The notes under the pieces are model-generated. The model was not told where the DNA came from. It did no database searches and saw nothing but the letters and a program-made list of their open reading frames with translations. The position numbers and the translations under genes were made by a program. Shown here in pieces: positions 1-12,450 of a stretch of DNA of 64,000 bases; position 1 is the stretch's first letter; the number at the start of each line of letters is the position of its first letter. The DNA lies in contig NEEC01000017.1 in assembly GCA_002189035.1 (NCBI GenBank), positions 496,001 through 560,000 on the forward strand, given 5' to 3'. The DNA comes from Utricularia gibba (Eukaryota; Plantae; Magnoliophyta).

Positions 1-271
1 AATTCCATTCATTTCACAATGTGAGGGAGGCATGTTGGAGAAAAAGATTGACTCATGGAACAAAATCCAAAGATTAGATCATGTGCTGTGGAAATAAAGA
101 GTAGAATTGATTTTGATAATATCTTTCTAGAATGGTAGATTTATCTTCTTTGCTTATGGAAACAGAACAAGCAAAGAGTGTGAAGTTTTGACAATATCTT
201 ACCATATGATTTTGACAGAAGGTGGATCCATCCAATGCTCCTGTACGATTGAGGAGAATGGTAACACTCCA

Positions 272-1484
272 TTACGCACAGGGGACATGCTTGTTGAAGA
301 AGGTGAGGAGAAGGTTGTTGACTTGCAGAGGGAGTTGTTCTTGAGCGAAATGTGTTCCATGGGGAAGGAACTCGATTTCAAGATCAGGAACATATCTCTT
401 CACATCCCCATTTCTTATATACTCTTCAAGCCCTGCAAATTTCATGGCGTAGTCCTTCTCCCCAACTATCAGTAAACAGGGAACCTTCACCTTCACCTCA
501 TCAACACCATAATCCTCAAGCCATGCCCTGCAAAGATCGAAAACTGTTTTCACAGGGTCATCCTTGTTTTGGTTAACTTTGGTGGTCGTGTTCACCTGTA
601 GGGAACCTGTAGTGCTGTTTCGAAACCAGATTTTGTGTAGAGAGAAGCGTAGATATCGAGATCATGGTGTGTGAACCAGTGAGGGAGGGGGTTGCAGGAT
701 CCACTAAGTCCATAATTTCTTGATCCGCCGCCGCAACCGGAAGCTCGCTGCCGGAGAAGAGAATGTAGATGTTCCTTATCACTGTTTTCACATCAAAGCG
801 TGCGAAGTCCTTCTCAGCTCTCAATGGCTCCTGCAAGAAAGCAGCATTTAAATGGATGAATTTTCTGGTAGCGTGTTGTGATTATTGCGGAGATGGTTTT
901 TGAGGGGACTTGCTTGCCATCTCAACATGTAGAACCCACTGGGGAGATCATCTTTAGGGAACGCCGCTGGTCCGGCGAGCATGAACGGCACACCGATGGT
1001 GGCGACGGCCGCCAGTCGATTTGGATGGTGTAAAGCAAAATGATAAACAACTCTGGCTCCAAAGTCTTTACCAACCAGTAGAATCTGCATGATCCCCAAT
1101 TAGAAAACGCTATTTTGATTCTCGATTCAAACGACACCCAAAACCCTACCTTTTTGAGGTCGAGATTGTCGATTAAACACAGAAGATCGTCGACGAGATC
1201 CTGGAAGCTGGCTTTATGGGGCTCCGGCGGCTTCTCTGATAGGCCGTAGCCGCGTGCATCCGGTGTAATTGCACGGAACCCCGCGGCGGCGGCGGCCAGC
1301 ATCTGGTGCCGCCATGAGTACCATATCTCCGGGAAGCCATGAATGAAGAGCACCGGCGGGCCTGAAGATAACAATTAGAAATCTCGAAGGGATTTAACCG
1401 AAAAGTTTACAGACCTGATCCAATCTCTGCTACATGAATTTTCAGGCCTCTGACATCAATGAAACTATGCCGAATTTCGTCCAT
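272..1484 (-). CDS. Epoxide hydrolase (alpha/beta hydrolase), 5 exons; one apparent 1-nt deletion
   Basis: Exons 1484-1415, 1361-1150, 1084-914, 830-596, 527-272 splice to MDEIRHSFIDVRGLKIHVAEIGSG-PPVLFIHGFPEIWYSWRHQM...GKDFGA...GEKD...GTHFAQEQ. Adding one C to the run at 687-691 restores TPLPHWFTHHDLDIYASLYTKSGFETALQVPYR. Confidence 0.9.
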
Positions 1485-1701
1485 TTTTGAAGAACAGGGT
1501 TGTATTGCATCAGAACCAGATATTTTAAAGGCCACAAAACATCTCGAAATCGATGATTAACAGTAAGTTCCACTGTAGTTAGTTAAATTCTCCGATCTGT
1601 CAGTACAAGAGTTTCGGTTTACAGAGACAATGGAAAGCAAGACAAAGAATCATGGCTGCTGTCTGAACGTTTTTTTGTTTGTATGATGAGCAGGGTGGAT
1701 G

Positions 1702-3427
1702 CTATTCTTTGAGTACAAAATGCTCAGCGTCCCCAAGCTCCAGTCCACTATCAGGCGACTGGTATCCACCCTGAAACAGCGACTCTATCTGCTCCAAAGA
1801 TTTCCCCTTTGTTTCGGGTACGAATTTGTAAGCAAACGCCACAGAGATTGCGGACAGAACAGAGAACACGAAGAATGTTCCACCAAAAGTGATGCTACGA
1901 GCAACCGAAAGGAACGACATTGCAATCAAGCCGCTGCAGATTCTATTGGCTACCGCTCCAAGAGCAGTTGCCTGTGCCCGGAGACGAAGAGGGAAGATTT
2001 CAGAGGTCAGAACCCAATAAATAGGGCCGATTCCGATCGAGAAGAAAGCCACGTTTGAGCAAATCGCCATGATGGTCATTGCGATTGCGGTGGATCCAGA
2101 GGAGAAAGTGAGGGTTGCAGATAAACAAAATAAGCAAACAGTCATTCCGATGGTGCTGACGTAAAGCAGAGGCTTTCTTCCAACTCTGTCTATAAGCACA
2201 ATGGCGACGAGTATGAATGCTGTTTTGGTAATTCCTACGGCCACCGTCGCAGCAAGAACCTTCGATTCTTTGGACATGCCGGCGGCTTGAAGGATTGCCG
2301 GGCTGTAATATACTGCCGCATCGATGCCGGTGATTTGCTGAAAGGATGAAATTCCAAGACCCACGATTAGCATTCGGCGAAGAGCAGGAGATGGGCGAAG
2401 AATCTCGCGCCACACTGCTTTTTCTTCGCCGGTGAGGCTCGCAGATATCTGTATTTCAGCTAGCCTCTCTTCGGCTTCAGATTCGGTATCATTGGTTTTA
2501 AGAAGAACAATTCGAGCTTCGTCAAAACGTTTCTGCATCACAAGCCACCTCGGTGATTCGGGTATCACAAAGAGGGCGAATCCGATGAACACGGCCGGAA
2601 GAATTCCAATGCCGAGCATGATTCGCCAGTTGATATGCGGCGGAAGGCCGGAGAAGGCATAATTGGAGACGTATCCTAAGAGAATTCCAATGTTTATGAA
2701 GATCTCCGGGAAAGTGGTCAATGAGCCTCTGGCGACGGTGGGAGAGATCTCGGCGATGTAAACGGGGGCGATTATGATACCGAATCCGATCCCGATACCG
2801 GCGGTGATTCTTCCGATCATAAGAAATTGAAAGGACCGCGCAAAAGTCATGATGGCAACGCCGCCCTGAAACACGATCGCTGCCAAACCCATGGTCCATT
2901 TCCGACCAATGGCGTCCGATGTTCTCCCTCCGACTAAAGACCCTACAAGCGAAACGACGCTCAGAATTCCGACGAAAATTTCCAGCTGCACCTCCGTTGG
3001 ATTCAAATCTTGTTTGATAAATAAGATTGCTCCGCTCATAACTCCAACGTCTGCAGAGAATCGAATTCAACACCAATATGCATGAAGCAATTAGAAAACA
3101 AAATCAAGACACGAGAATTTTAGCTAGAAATGGAGCAGAAATACTGAACAGAGGTTGACTTTTTACACCACTCAGAACACAACTATATGGATCAAAGAAG
3201 ACGGAGAAGAGCCCTTCCTCACCATATCCGAGGAGAATATTGTTGAGAGAAGCCAACACCGAACAAGCAAACACGTATCTCCTTGTACGGCTGCTCCGTT
3301 TGCGAGCTAAAGCCTCAACATTCTCATTCAAAGCATCCTCATTTCTCAGAGAATCCATCTGTATGTACTTTTTACTCATACCCAGAGATAAACCCATCTG
3401 TTTTTCTCGGAAATCTGCCACACCCAT
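1702..3427 (-). CDS. PLT4: Polyol/monosaccharide transporter (MFS sugar porter), PLT4-like, 2 exons
   Basis: Exon 3427-3233 (MGVADF...SLNNILLGY) joins exon 3050-1702 (DVGVMSGAILFI...) through a GT-AG intron. Sugar-porter motifs GRTSDAIGRK, PESPRWL, DRVGRKPLL, SEIFPLRLRAQ, VPETKGKSLEQIE. Confidence 0.92.
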
Positions 3428-3788
3428 CTCGCCAAGACCACGATCCCTTGATCCAGTACCCAGAGAAGAATCTTGAAAAATATCCCGGAGTTCAGCGTGA
3501 GATCTGAAAGGCGCTATTCTGGGTTCCACAGGCGGAGAAATGTCTTAGTCTTCGGTTTCTAATTTCGTCTGTCGCCGTCCACGCGACGTCGACGACTTCT
3601 GAGAAAATGGCCATTGGTCAGCCATACAGCCATTTTGCGGTCGGATCAGGTTTCAGCGAGTCTCACCTAAAGTGGGCCGTAAGAATTAATGGGCTTTAAA
3701 AATCGGCCCATTAAAAAAATAAAACACATATATTCTGGAAGAAAGAAATCGTCGTGTGAGTTCTCTTTGACTCTCCGATCGGACAGCA
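3428..3788. promoter_or_regulatory. Short divergent promoter between PLT4-like and STA1 with site II motifs
   Basis: Start codons are 361 bp apart, head to head. TGGGCC (~3673), TGGGCT (~3690) and GGCCCA (~3705) are clustered; TATA-like sequence near 3727. Confidence 0.55.
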
Positions 3789-6700
3789 ATGGTGTTCATC
3801 AATTCACCGTCGAAGAATAAAACCCTAGTTCTGAATCTGAATCCTGCAACGACTACTCTGCTCTCTCTCGGCCTCCATATCGAGCGGAATCATCTGGTGC
3901 CCTTATCGCAACAGCGTCTCTATTTGGCGGCGCGGTTGATATCCGTTCCGGGAAACGGTGCCCTAACGCTTGCTGATCTTGGGATTTCACATAGCTCAAC
4001 CTTGAAATTGCACGTCCCTCTCCTCGGTGGGATGCAGGCGCCTGTGGCTCCGAAGAACAGGTTAGATTTTCTAAGCACAAAGCCTCCGCCTAATTATGTA
4101 GCTGGGTTGGGCCGTGGAGCCACAGGTTTTACTACGCGTTCGGATATTGGTCCTGCCCGAGCAGCACCTGATTTACCAGATAGGTCTGCTGCTGCTATTG
4201 GCGCTGGTGCGGCGGCAGGAGTTGGTCGCGGGCGTGGTAAGGGTGCTGGGGAAGAGGATGATGAAGATGATAATGAAGAGAAGGGGTACGATGAGAACCA
4301 GAAGTTTGATGAATTTGAGGGGAATGATGCGGGGTTGTTTGCATCGGCGGAGTATGATGAGGAGGACAAGGATGCCGATGAGGTTTGGGAGGCAATTGAT
4401 AAGAGAATGGATTCTCGTAGGAAAGATAGGAGGGAGGCGAGGTTGAAGGAAGAGATTGAGAAGTATCGAGCATCAAACCCTAAAATCACTGAGCAATTCG
4501 CGGACTTGAAGAGAAAATTGTATACTTTATCGGCTGAAGAGTGGGATAATATACCTGAGATTGGAGATTACTCACTGAGGAATAAGAAGAAAAGGTTTGA
4601 GAGTTTTGTTCCTGTTCCTGATACTCTTCTGGAGAAAGCTAGGCAAGAAAAGGAACATGTGAGTGCCCTAGATCCAAAGAGCAGAGCGGCTGGTGGTACT
4701 GAAACCCCTTGGGCACAAACCCCAGTTACTGATTTGACTGCTGTAGGTGAAGGGAGAGGAACTGTGTTGTCTTTGAAGCTGGATAGACTATCCGACTCCG
4801 TTTCAGGACTTACTGTCGTGGATCCAAAAGGTTATTTGACTGATTTGAAGAGTATGAAGATTACAAGTGATGCGGAGGTTTCTGATATAAACAAGGCTAG
4901 GCTTTTGTTGAAGTCTGTCACACAGACTAATCCAAAACATCCACATGGTTGGATAGCAGCTGCAAGGTTAGAGGAGGTGGCGGGTAAGCTTCAAGCTGCG
5001 CAGCAATTGATTAGGAAAGGCTGTGAAGAATGCCCAAAAAGTGAGGATGTTTGGTTAGAGGCTTGTCGTTTGGCTTCACATGCTGACGCGAAGGCAGTGA
5101 TTGCTAGAGGTGTTAAAGCGATTCCAAATTCAGTGAAGTTGTGGATGCAAGCCGCAAAACTTGAGCAGGATGATGTGAACCGAAGCAGAGTGTTGAGGAA
5201 AGGCCTTGAGAACATTCCTGACTCAGTAAGGCTCTGGAAGGCTGTTGTCGAGCTTGCTAATGAAGAAGATGCGAGAGTTCTGCTACAAAGAGCAGTTGAG
5301 TGCTGCCCATTGCACGTTGAGTTGTGGTTGGCTCTTGCAAGACTGGAAACTTACGAAAATGCCAAGAAAGTGTTGAATAAAGCTAGGGAGAAGCTTTCAA
5401 AAGAGCCTGCAATATGGATTACGGGTGCAAAGTTAGAAGAAGCGAATGGGAACACTGTTATGGTTGGAAAGATTATTGAGAGGGGTATCCGAGCTTTACA
5501 AAGGGAAGGCGTTGAAATCGATAGGGAAATGTGGATGAAAGAGGCGGAAGCTGCTGAAAGAGCTGGTTCCGTTGCAACGTGTCAGGCTATTATTCATAAT
5601 ACCATTGAGATTGGGGTGGAGGAAGAAGACAGGAAAAGGACATGGGTTGCTGATGCAGAAGAGTGCAAAAAGAGAGGTTCCATTGAGACAGCAAGGGCTA
5701 TCTATGCTCATGCTCTCACGGTATTTCTCACCAAGAAAAGCATATGGCTTAAAGCAGCTCAACTTGAAAAGAGTCATGGTACTCGTGAGTCTCTAGATAG
5801 TCTGCTGCGTAAGGCAGTCACCTACATACCAACTGCTGAAGTTCTCTGGTTAATGGGTGCCAAGGAGAAGTGGCTTGCTGGTGATGTACCGGCTGCTAGG
5901 GCGATCCTGCAGGAAGCATACGCAGCAATCCCTAATTCCGAAGAAATATGGCTTGCAGCATTCAAGCTTGAGTTTGAGAATCATGAACCTGAAAGAGCAA
6001 GGATGCTTCTTGCAAAGGCACGAGAAAGGGGAGGAACAGAGAGAGTTTGGATGAAATCCGCAATTGTTGAGAGAGAACTGGGAAACAATGCTGAGGAAAG
6101 GAGGTTGCTGGACGAAGGACTGAAACTATACCCATCATTCTTCAAGCTATGGTTGATGTTGGGTCAGCTAGAAGAGCGACTTGGAAATCTAGAGAAGGCA
6201 AAAGAAACATACGAGTTGGGATTAAAGCACTGCCCCAATTGCATTCCCCTGTGGCTGTCAGTCGCTCACCTGGACGAAAAAGTCAATGGGATCAGTAAAG
6301 CTCGAGCTGTTCTGACCATGGCAAGAAAAAGAAATCCTCAGAACCCCGAGCTGTGGCTCGCTGCAGTTCGTGCGGAGTCACGGCATGGGTTCAAGAAGGA
6401 AGCTGAGATACTGATGGCAAAGGCACTGCAAGAGTGTCCAACTAGTGGCATTCTTTGGGCTGCCTCTGTGGAGATGGCTCCTCGGCCACAGCACAGAACC
6501 AAGAGCAGAGATGCGTACAAAAGATGTGGAGATGATCCCCATGTCCTGACTGCTGTGGGGAAGATCTTTTGGCACGAGCGGAAGGTTGATAAAGCAAGAT
6601 CTTGGTTCAACAGGGCCGTGACACTAGCTCCGGATATTGGAGACTTCTGGGCAGTGTACTACAAATTTGAACTTCAACATGGCTCAGAGGAGAGTCAGAA

Positions 6701-6866
6701 GGACGTGTTGAACAGATGCGTAGCTGCCGAGCCGAAGCACGGGGAGAAGTGGCAGGCCGTATCCAAAGCCGTGGAAAACTCGCATCAGCCAACGGAATTT
6801 ATACTGAAGAAGGTGGTGGTTGCCTTGGGGAAGGAAGAACAGGCTGCTGAGAACGGCAAATTATGA
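3789..6866 (+). CDS. STA1: Pre-mRNA splicing factor PRP6 / STABILIZED1, intronless
   Basis: Intact 1025-aa ORF: N-terminal ubiquitin-like segment ending LLGG, PRP6 signature [23 protein letters not shown], then long HAT/TPR repeats. Confidence 0.97.
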   Translation: MVFINSPSKNKTLVLNLNPATTTLLSLGLHIERNHLVPLSQQRLYLAARLISVPGNGALTLADLGISHSSTLKLHVPLLGGMQAPVAPKNRLDFLSTKPPPNYVAGLGRGATGFTTRSDIGPARAAPDLPDRSAAAIGAGAAAGVGRGRGKGAGEEDDEDDNEEKGYDENQKFDEFEGNDAGLFASAEYDEEDKDADEVWEAIDKRMDSRRKDRREARLKEEIEKYRASNPKITEQFADLKRKLYTLSAEEWDNIPEIGDYSLRNKKKRFESFVPVPDTLLEKARQEKEHVSALDPKSRAAGGTETPWAQTPVTDLTAVGEGRGTVLSLKLDRLSDSVSGLTVVDPKGYLTDLKSMKITSDAEVSDINKARLLLKSVTQTNPKHPHGWIAAARLEEVAGKLQAAQQLIRKGCEECPKSEDVWLEACRLASHADAKAVIARGVKAIPNSVKLWMQAAKLEQDDVNRSRVLRKGLENIPDSVRLWKAVVELANEEDARVLLQRAVECCPLHVELWLALARLETYENAKKVLNKAREKLSKEPAIWITGAKLEEANGNTVMVGKIIERGIRALQREGVEIDREMWMKEAEAAERAGSVATCQAIIHNTIEIGVEEEDRKRTWVADAEECKKRGSIETARAIYAHALTVFLTKKSIWLKAAQLEKSHGTRESLDSLLRKAVTYIPTAEVLWLMGAKEKWLAGDVPAARAILQEAYAAIPNSEEIWLAAFKLEFENHEPERARMLLAKARERGGTERVWMKSAIVERELGNNAEERRLLDEGLKLYPSFFKLWLMLGQLEERLGNLEKAKETYELGLKHCPNCIPLWLSVAHLDEKVNGISKARAVLTMARKRNPQNPELWLAAVRAESRHGFKKEAEILMAKALQECPTSGILWAASVEMAPRPQHRTKSRDAYKRCGDDPHVLTAVGKIFWHERKVDKARSWFNRAVTLAPDIGDFWAVYYKFELQHGSEESQKDVLNRCVAAEPKHGEKWQAVSKAVENSHQPTEFILKKVVVALGKEEQAAENGKL

Positions 6867-7660
6867 TACCCAACGAGCCTCCATTCCGTCAATCTGTACT
6901 GTTCTCTTGGGCTATGGCATTTTGAGCCTTCATTCATATCTACCCAATCCACGATACAGCATCAGGTGTCTGAAGCAAAAACACACAACAACGGATCAAC
7001 CAGATAAAGTAACGTTTGTGCGCTGGTGTTATGAATTTGCGGATGAAAATCACACTATACCACTTTATCTTGAAGATGTGTTTGTTTCTATTCAAGCTTC
7101 AAAAAAATGGTTCTATTTCACTGTTTTTTGAAGCAAGTTCTCACATTTCAGAAGACGTCTTCATCCGCATTGGTGAAACACCAGATTTACAGATAAGGGG
7201 CCAGTTTGTTGATCTCATTTGGTGGAGAGTTTTGGATCCAACGTCGGCGGCTGCTCCATTGTTTTCGTCGTCCATTTTGTCCGATCGTCTCTCGGGGCAG
7301 AATATCTGACTCAGTATCCCGATGAACTCATCGGAGTCAGCGTTATTGATGGGATTGTTTGTTTTAATTATGAGAATGATCCATTCACAATCCACTGGCT
7401 AAGCAGTGTGTGATCGATTCAAGCATCTCCATCCGCAGATCTGTGAAGAAAAAATGGCAGATCCGAGGGACGGGAATAGGTGTGCTGCTGTGGCATGCAG
7501 ATGACTTGAAAAATATGCAGTCTTCTGCAGGCAACAGGCTGCTGCTGATGATTAGACTACATTGGGTGCCAATAACTGCTAGCAGTGTTTTCTGATGATA
7601 CGAACCGGAAAACCTGAGGCTGGGATCCTGAGCTTGTGGAAGACGACGACTGGGTGCTTA

Positions 7661-8703
7661 CTAAGGATCAAAGTCGTCATCTTGGTTTCTGAAATGGGGG
7701 AGGAGATTTGGAGGGAGGATAAGATTGTTGTTGGCATCCAAATCGTCCCAAACCGGGCTTTCGGGGCCCCAGAAACTTGGAAAAGATCCGAACCACATGT
7801 CCGCCATGTCAGCCCAGGGAAAGTCAGATGGCGGCGGCGTGTCGGAGGAATCCACCGTGTCAGCGTGATTCATGATGTCGATGGGCTCCGGTGGGGGGTA
7901 TTCTTCGGGGATTTCAGATGGCGGATGTTGCTCTTCGTCGTAGATTGTTGGGTAGATGGCTTCCGGGATGGGGGTGGTGGCGGAGGAGGATGAGGAGGCG
8001 AGAACTGCATTTTCCGGTGGTAGGGGTTGTTCTTGTTGTTGATCTTTTTTACCCAGGAAGCGCTCGGGAAAATTGAGCTTCGCATTTTCCCCTCTGAGCT
8101 TGAAAGCTTCGCGATCGTAAGCCATGGCTGCGTCCTCCGCGGTGTCGAATGTGCCAAGCCAGAGACGTGTCCGATTCTTGGGTAAACGTATCTCGGCTAC
8201 CCATTTCCCCCAGTGACGCTGCCGTACCCCGCGGTACAATTTCGTCGCAGAGAGCGGCGGCCGGAGCAACGGTCTCCCGTTTTGTCCCAAATGACTGATC
8301 ACCGAATCACTCCCCGTGGGCTAAGATTCAGAGCATCGCTCCAGTACCGCAACAGCTGCTGCGGTTGAGGATACTGCTGCTGTTGAAACTGCGCCGCCTC
8401 CGCGGCAAAGAACGGAGGGAAGGCAAAATTCTCCCCAGAACCAAACGATATCATCTGCGGCGGCGGAGTCGGAGGCGGGAACCCCGGCGAGCAGTCTATA
8501 GCAAACGGAAAAGTGAATCCAGATGCAGAGGAAGGTGCATCGAAAGCGGGAAACGTCTCCAGGCCTCTGATGGTCTTCTTGCTGGGACGATCAGGCAAAT
8601 GATACACAGGACTCCATTGATGATGAGCTAGAACCCTCTGCTGATCTTCCTTCTCCCCACAGACTTTCTTGGATTTGCCCTTCTCCCTGCTGCCGGAATC
8701 CAT
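7661..8703 (-). CDS. AP2/ERF transcription factor, DREB A-6 group (ERF053/ERF054-like); one apparent 1-nt deletion
   Basis: N-terminal part ends [15 protein letters not shown] (group motif). The AP2 domain [21 protein letters not shown]...[25 protein letters not shown] is in the next frame; one extra base in the run at 8312-8315 joins them. Confidence 0.9.
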
Positions 8704-9298
8704 GGAGGTACTCAACTCGATCAAACCCCAATCCCAGAGCTCGGAACCAGAAACGCAGTGACCTTGGGATGAAGTGGAGCTCCTTTTATACGGCACCGTC
8801 GTTGCAGAAAAATCGCAAATTCGTGGCCGGCCCCGGAACTTGGTGGCAGGTTTTACAGGGTTTTTATTTTTTCCTCGCTTCTACTCCAATTCTTCGCCTT
8901 TTTCCAAGTCTTCAAATTCAATATTTGATTTATAAACACATTAAAAATATTTTAAATAAATCCGAAATTACACAATTTTTTTTAATTTCATGTACGTGGA
9001 TTTATTTAAAACTATACATCTCATTTACTTCATTTAAAACCATTTAATCCCATCTATAATCCTAATAACCAAATACTAAAAAAATAATAAAAATAACCAC
9101 AAAAATTAGAAATATAAATAAAAATTATCTGAATATCATAATAGGCTATTCCTCCATGCTACAAAATCGATGTACTTGAGAGAGGCATGTGACTGTGCTT
9201 GTCGTATTAGAAATAAATAAAAAATTTATGATTAGGGCATGATGTAACAATTAATGGACATAAAATCATAAAGTATGGGGTACGCCAATGAGAAGGCA

Positions 9299-9314
9299 AC
9301 ACGTCGCCCACGTG
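9299..9314. promoter_or_regulatory. Paired ABRE/G-box motifs upstream of the ERF gene
   Basis: ACACGTC and CACGTG lie within 16 bp, about 600 bp upstream of the ERF ATG. Function is inferred. Confidence 0.35.
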
Positions 9315-10280
9315 TTTAATCTTAAAATAAGGTTAGCCGTCCCGTGGGATAAATGTCAACGGGTGGCTGTCTGGTCAATGCCTTTACTCTAGTGGGCTCT
9401 CCCTACGCACATGTCCCCCCCCTCCCCCTAGGTCAATCTTGTTAATATTAGCAAGTGTTCCGTACAACCCCCCCCCCCCCCCCCTCTCTTATTTCTTATT
9501 CTTTGACATAATCTATTAGAACAAAACATAATAATCATATATCGGGAAATGAAATTGAAATTAAAATAGTTAAAGATATAAATAATTGCATATTGTTAAT
9601 AATTGATTTGATTTAATTTTTTTAATGTAATTTACATTTATTCTATACTTAAGTTTCACTATACTCATTCGATATCATAAGATTATTTAATATGAATGAA
9701 TCAAAAAATGAATTGACTCGTATCGAATTTTATGGGCCAGAATCCACCCATCACCCATTGTGAAAACTCGAATTTGACTGAAGAACAATCTAGCCTTCGA
9801 GTCAAGGGGATTCAATTTGGTTAATGTATCTAATTCTGCATATGTTTAAATATAAAAGAAACACTATATTTTATACCAAATAGTTTTTTAGAAATGAAGT
9901 GGGTGTGCAGTTAAGGTAATAGTTGTATAATGGTGTGGAACTTTCGGTGGTGAAGTCAACCAACACAAACAAACGGTCTGTGGAAGTCGGTTGAGGGTGG
10001 GCGATAAGGGCTGAGCTGGAAATTCATTTTTTTTATAATTTTCAATAAGGATCAATAAACATAAAATATTTGATGGGGGGCTGGGAATTTTGACCCCCTA
10101 TAGTGTGTTGCCAGGTGGCACCGGCCACGTGTCGCCTCGTCATTCTTTGTTTGGAGCTTATTTTAAAGAACTAAATTTTATTGTATAATTTAAATTATGC
10201 GATAAAATTGGGAGTCTGATATTTCAATAAATAAAATATTATTTTTAATAGACTAAATGAAAATATTAGCAATAAATCAA

Positions 10281-10598
10281 TTACATATATGTCTGCCCTA
10301 ATTTATTTCCCTTGAGGGTGAAATGTGACTCCACCCGAATGGCAGATGGCTTATGGCAACACAACCTCCGCAAGCCGCCGTTGGCCACCGCAGTGCACGT
10401 CATCGCCGCCGATTTGACACGGCGGAGGAGCCTCTCTATCTTCCCACAGGGAGGGGCGCATTCCAGACTGTACGTCTTGAGAAAGAGACGCCTCCTTTTT
10501 GACCTCTCAAAGCGGTTAGTGGGTGAATACAAGATGTCGCATAGATTCGTCGTCGTGGTCGGAGTTCCCCGGCCGAAGTGGCTGCCGCTGGTCGTCAT
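10281..10598 (-). CDS. Small basic uncharacterised plant protein (105 aa)
   Basis: ATG-initiated ORF in a GC-rich island. RRRLFLKTYSL...GKIERLLRRVKSAA...GLRRLC..SAIR resembles a recalled family of short plant proteins; not searched. Confidence 0.45.
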   Translation of the reverse strand: MTTSGSHFGRGTPTTTTNLCDILYSPTNRFERSKRRRLFLKTYSLECAPPCGKIERLLRRVKSAAMTCTAVANGGLRRLCCHKPSAIRVESHFTLKGNKLGQTYM

Positions 10599-11142
10599 CT
10601 CTCAGGCGCCGCCGTGGATGTACAGAGTATGTCGCCGATGGTGCGAATCACAAGTATATGTAGCTTCTGGGAGGACAGCTTATGTTGACTTTTCAAATAG
10701 GAAGACCGCGAGTCCATCCACTCCGCTTGAAATTGAATTATCTATTCAATTTCGATGTTCTATATTTTATATTTATATTTATTCTCAACGTGATTTTTTC
10801 AATTACGTTTTGTGAAGGATGATTTTTTTTAGTAATTTAAATGTGTTTCTTGATGTCTTATCTATATCTTAATTAGGAGAACTTAAATAAATCACATTTT
10901 AATATATTTTTTCTTTTCTAACTAAATAATGATTTTTGGTATAAACCATCATTGAATTTAAAAAACCTTTTTAATAAAAAAATCAGGAGTAAAATTTTTA
11001 AAAAATATAGTAGTATCTCGATTTCTATTTTTTTGGGATAAAAGTAGTTTATATTTAATAAAATTGTTTTTGGAAAATTTTGGTCGATAGTTCGAATGCC
11101 TATCCGACGCCGTTTCGATCTATTGTAAGTGGAATCGTGGGA

Positions 11143-12062
11143 GGCCTTTTTATCAAAAAGCCTATGTCAGTAAATATTTTTAATGAAATGCCTGTTAATT
11201 TTTTATAATTATTAAAATACCTGTACTTGACCACATTGTTACTAAAATACCTGTGGTTTTTTTTACATAAATTCATTATTATTAAAATAATTGAAGTTTT
11301 TTTACATTGAATTATTTTTACCAATAAATAAACTTTTATTTCAAATAAAAATATATTTAAATTTCATAAATTTATACAAATCATAAAATCATTGACTAAA
11401 CCAATCACACTACATGAGATTTGACCCAGTAACGAAAGATTCACAATGAACGCCACCTCATCTCTACTGTTACAAGGCACGCCATTATCATCCATCCCAC
11501 ATCATACTCAATGATTTAATGATTTTTATATCATTTTGTAATTAGATATTAGGAAAAGAAAAATAATCATGTATTAAACTCAAACAAGTTAAAAAAAAAA
11601 CATTCTGATTTTTTTTACATTAATGAGTTAATAAAAAATTGAAATAAAATTATATTGAATTTCTGTAATAATTAGAAATTACACTTCATTACATAAATTG
11701 ATTTATTTTATTTTCCAATCTCACTATTAATTAAACTTAAAAAATGAAATAATACAATGTAAACATAATCATTCAATGGTAATTTTTATTTATAATGAAA
11801 AATAAGATGAAATTTTATTTAATTGATATAATTAAAAACATGACTTGAATATTTCACGATAAAATAGGTATTAAAACAATAATTCCAACAAAACGCAAAA
11901 ATAAGAGAGATGCATTTTAATAAAATATAAATAAAATACATATTAGAACAAAACAGATATTTTTAAAATAAAAAATAAAGCCACAGGCATTTTGATGAAG
12001 AAAAAAAAGTCACAGGCATTTAAGTAAAAATAAGATCTGACACAGGTAAATTACTAAATTCC
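11143..12062. mobile_element. Non-autonomous MULE-like/MITE element with degenerate long TIRs
   Basis: Left end CCTATGTCAG..ATTTTT..AAATGCCTGT matches the reverse complement of the right end (CCTGTGTCAG..ATTTTT..AAATGCCTGT). Both ends read GG inward, and the interior is AT-rich. No clean TSD seen. Confidence 0.5.
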
Positions 12063-12450
12063 TGGCATACATTCGAAGGCTGGCTTTTGAAGTCCAAGCA
12101 TTCCGCCGTTTTCCTATCGGAGGATCCGCGCCAGCGAAGCGACGTCGTTCGCCGACAATGCACTGGTGGAATCTGGATTGGAAGGAGACCCTAGTTCCAG
12201 TCTTTAAGGTGAGTGTTCCGGGGCTGAGGAAGGAAGAGATGAAGGTGGACCTCGGGACGAACGCGTTACCCAAATCAGTGGCGGGAGGTAAAGGGGGGAG
12301 AGAGAGAGAGGAGAAAGGCGACACCTGGCACCAAGTGGACCGCAGCATCGTCTGTTTCCTCCGGTGAATCAGGTTACCGGAAAATGTCAAGGGAGAAGTT
12401 AATATGGAGAATTGGCGGTCACTGTGCCCAAGGTGAGGCTAAAAAGCATG
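12063..12450 (+). pseudogene. Class I small heat-shock protein (HSP17/18) pseudogene
   Basis: Remnants WHTFEG, DWKET..VFK..VPGLRKEE.KV, EREEKGDTWHQVDRS..FLR*IRLPENVK, TVTVPK. In-frame stop, indels, and no intact start. Confidence 0.78.

Noticed and set aside
1699-7000. Antisense and alternate-frame ORFs over PLT4-like and STA1 (e.g. 1699-2058, 2522-3076, 4094-4489)
   Set aside because: Shadows of strongly supported coding exons, with no recognisable motifs.
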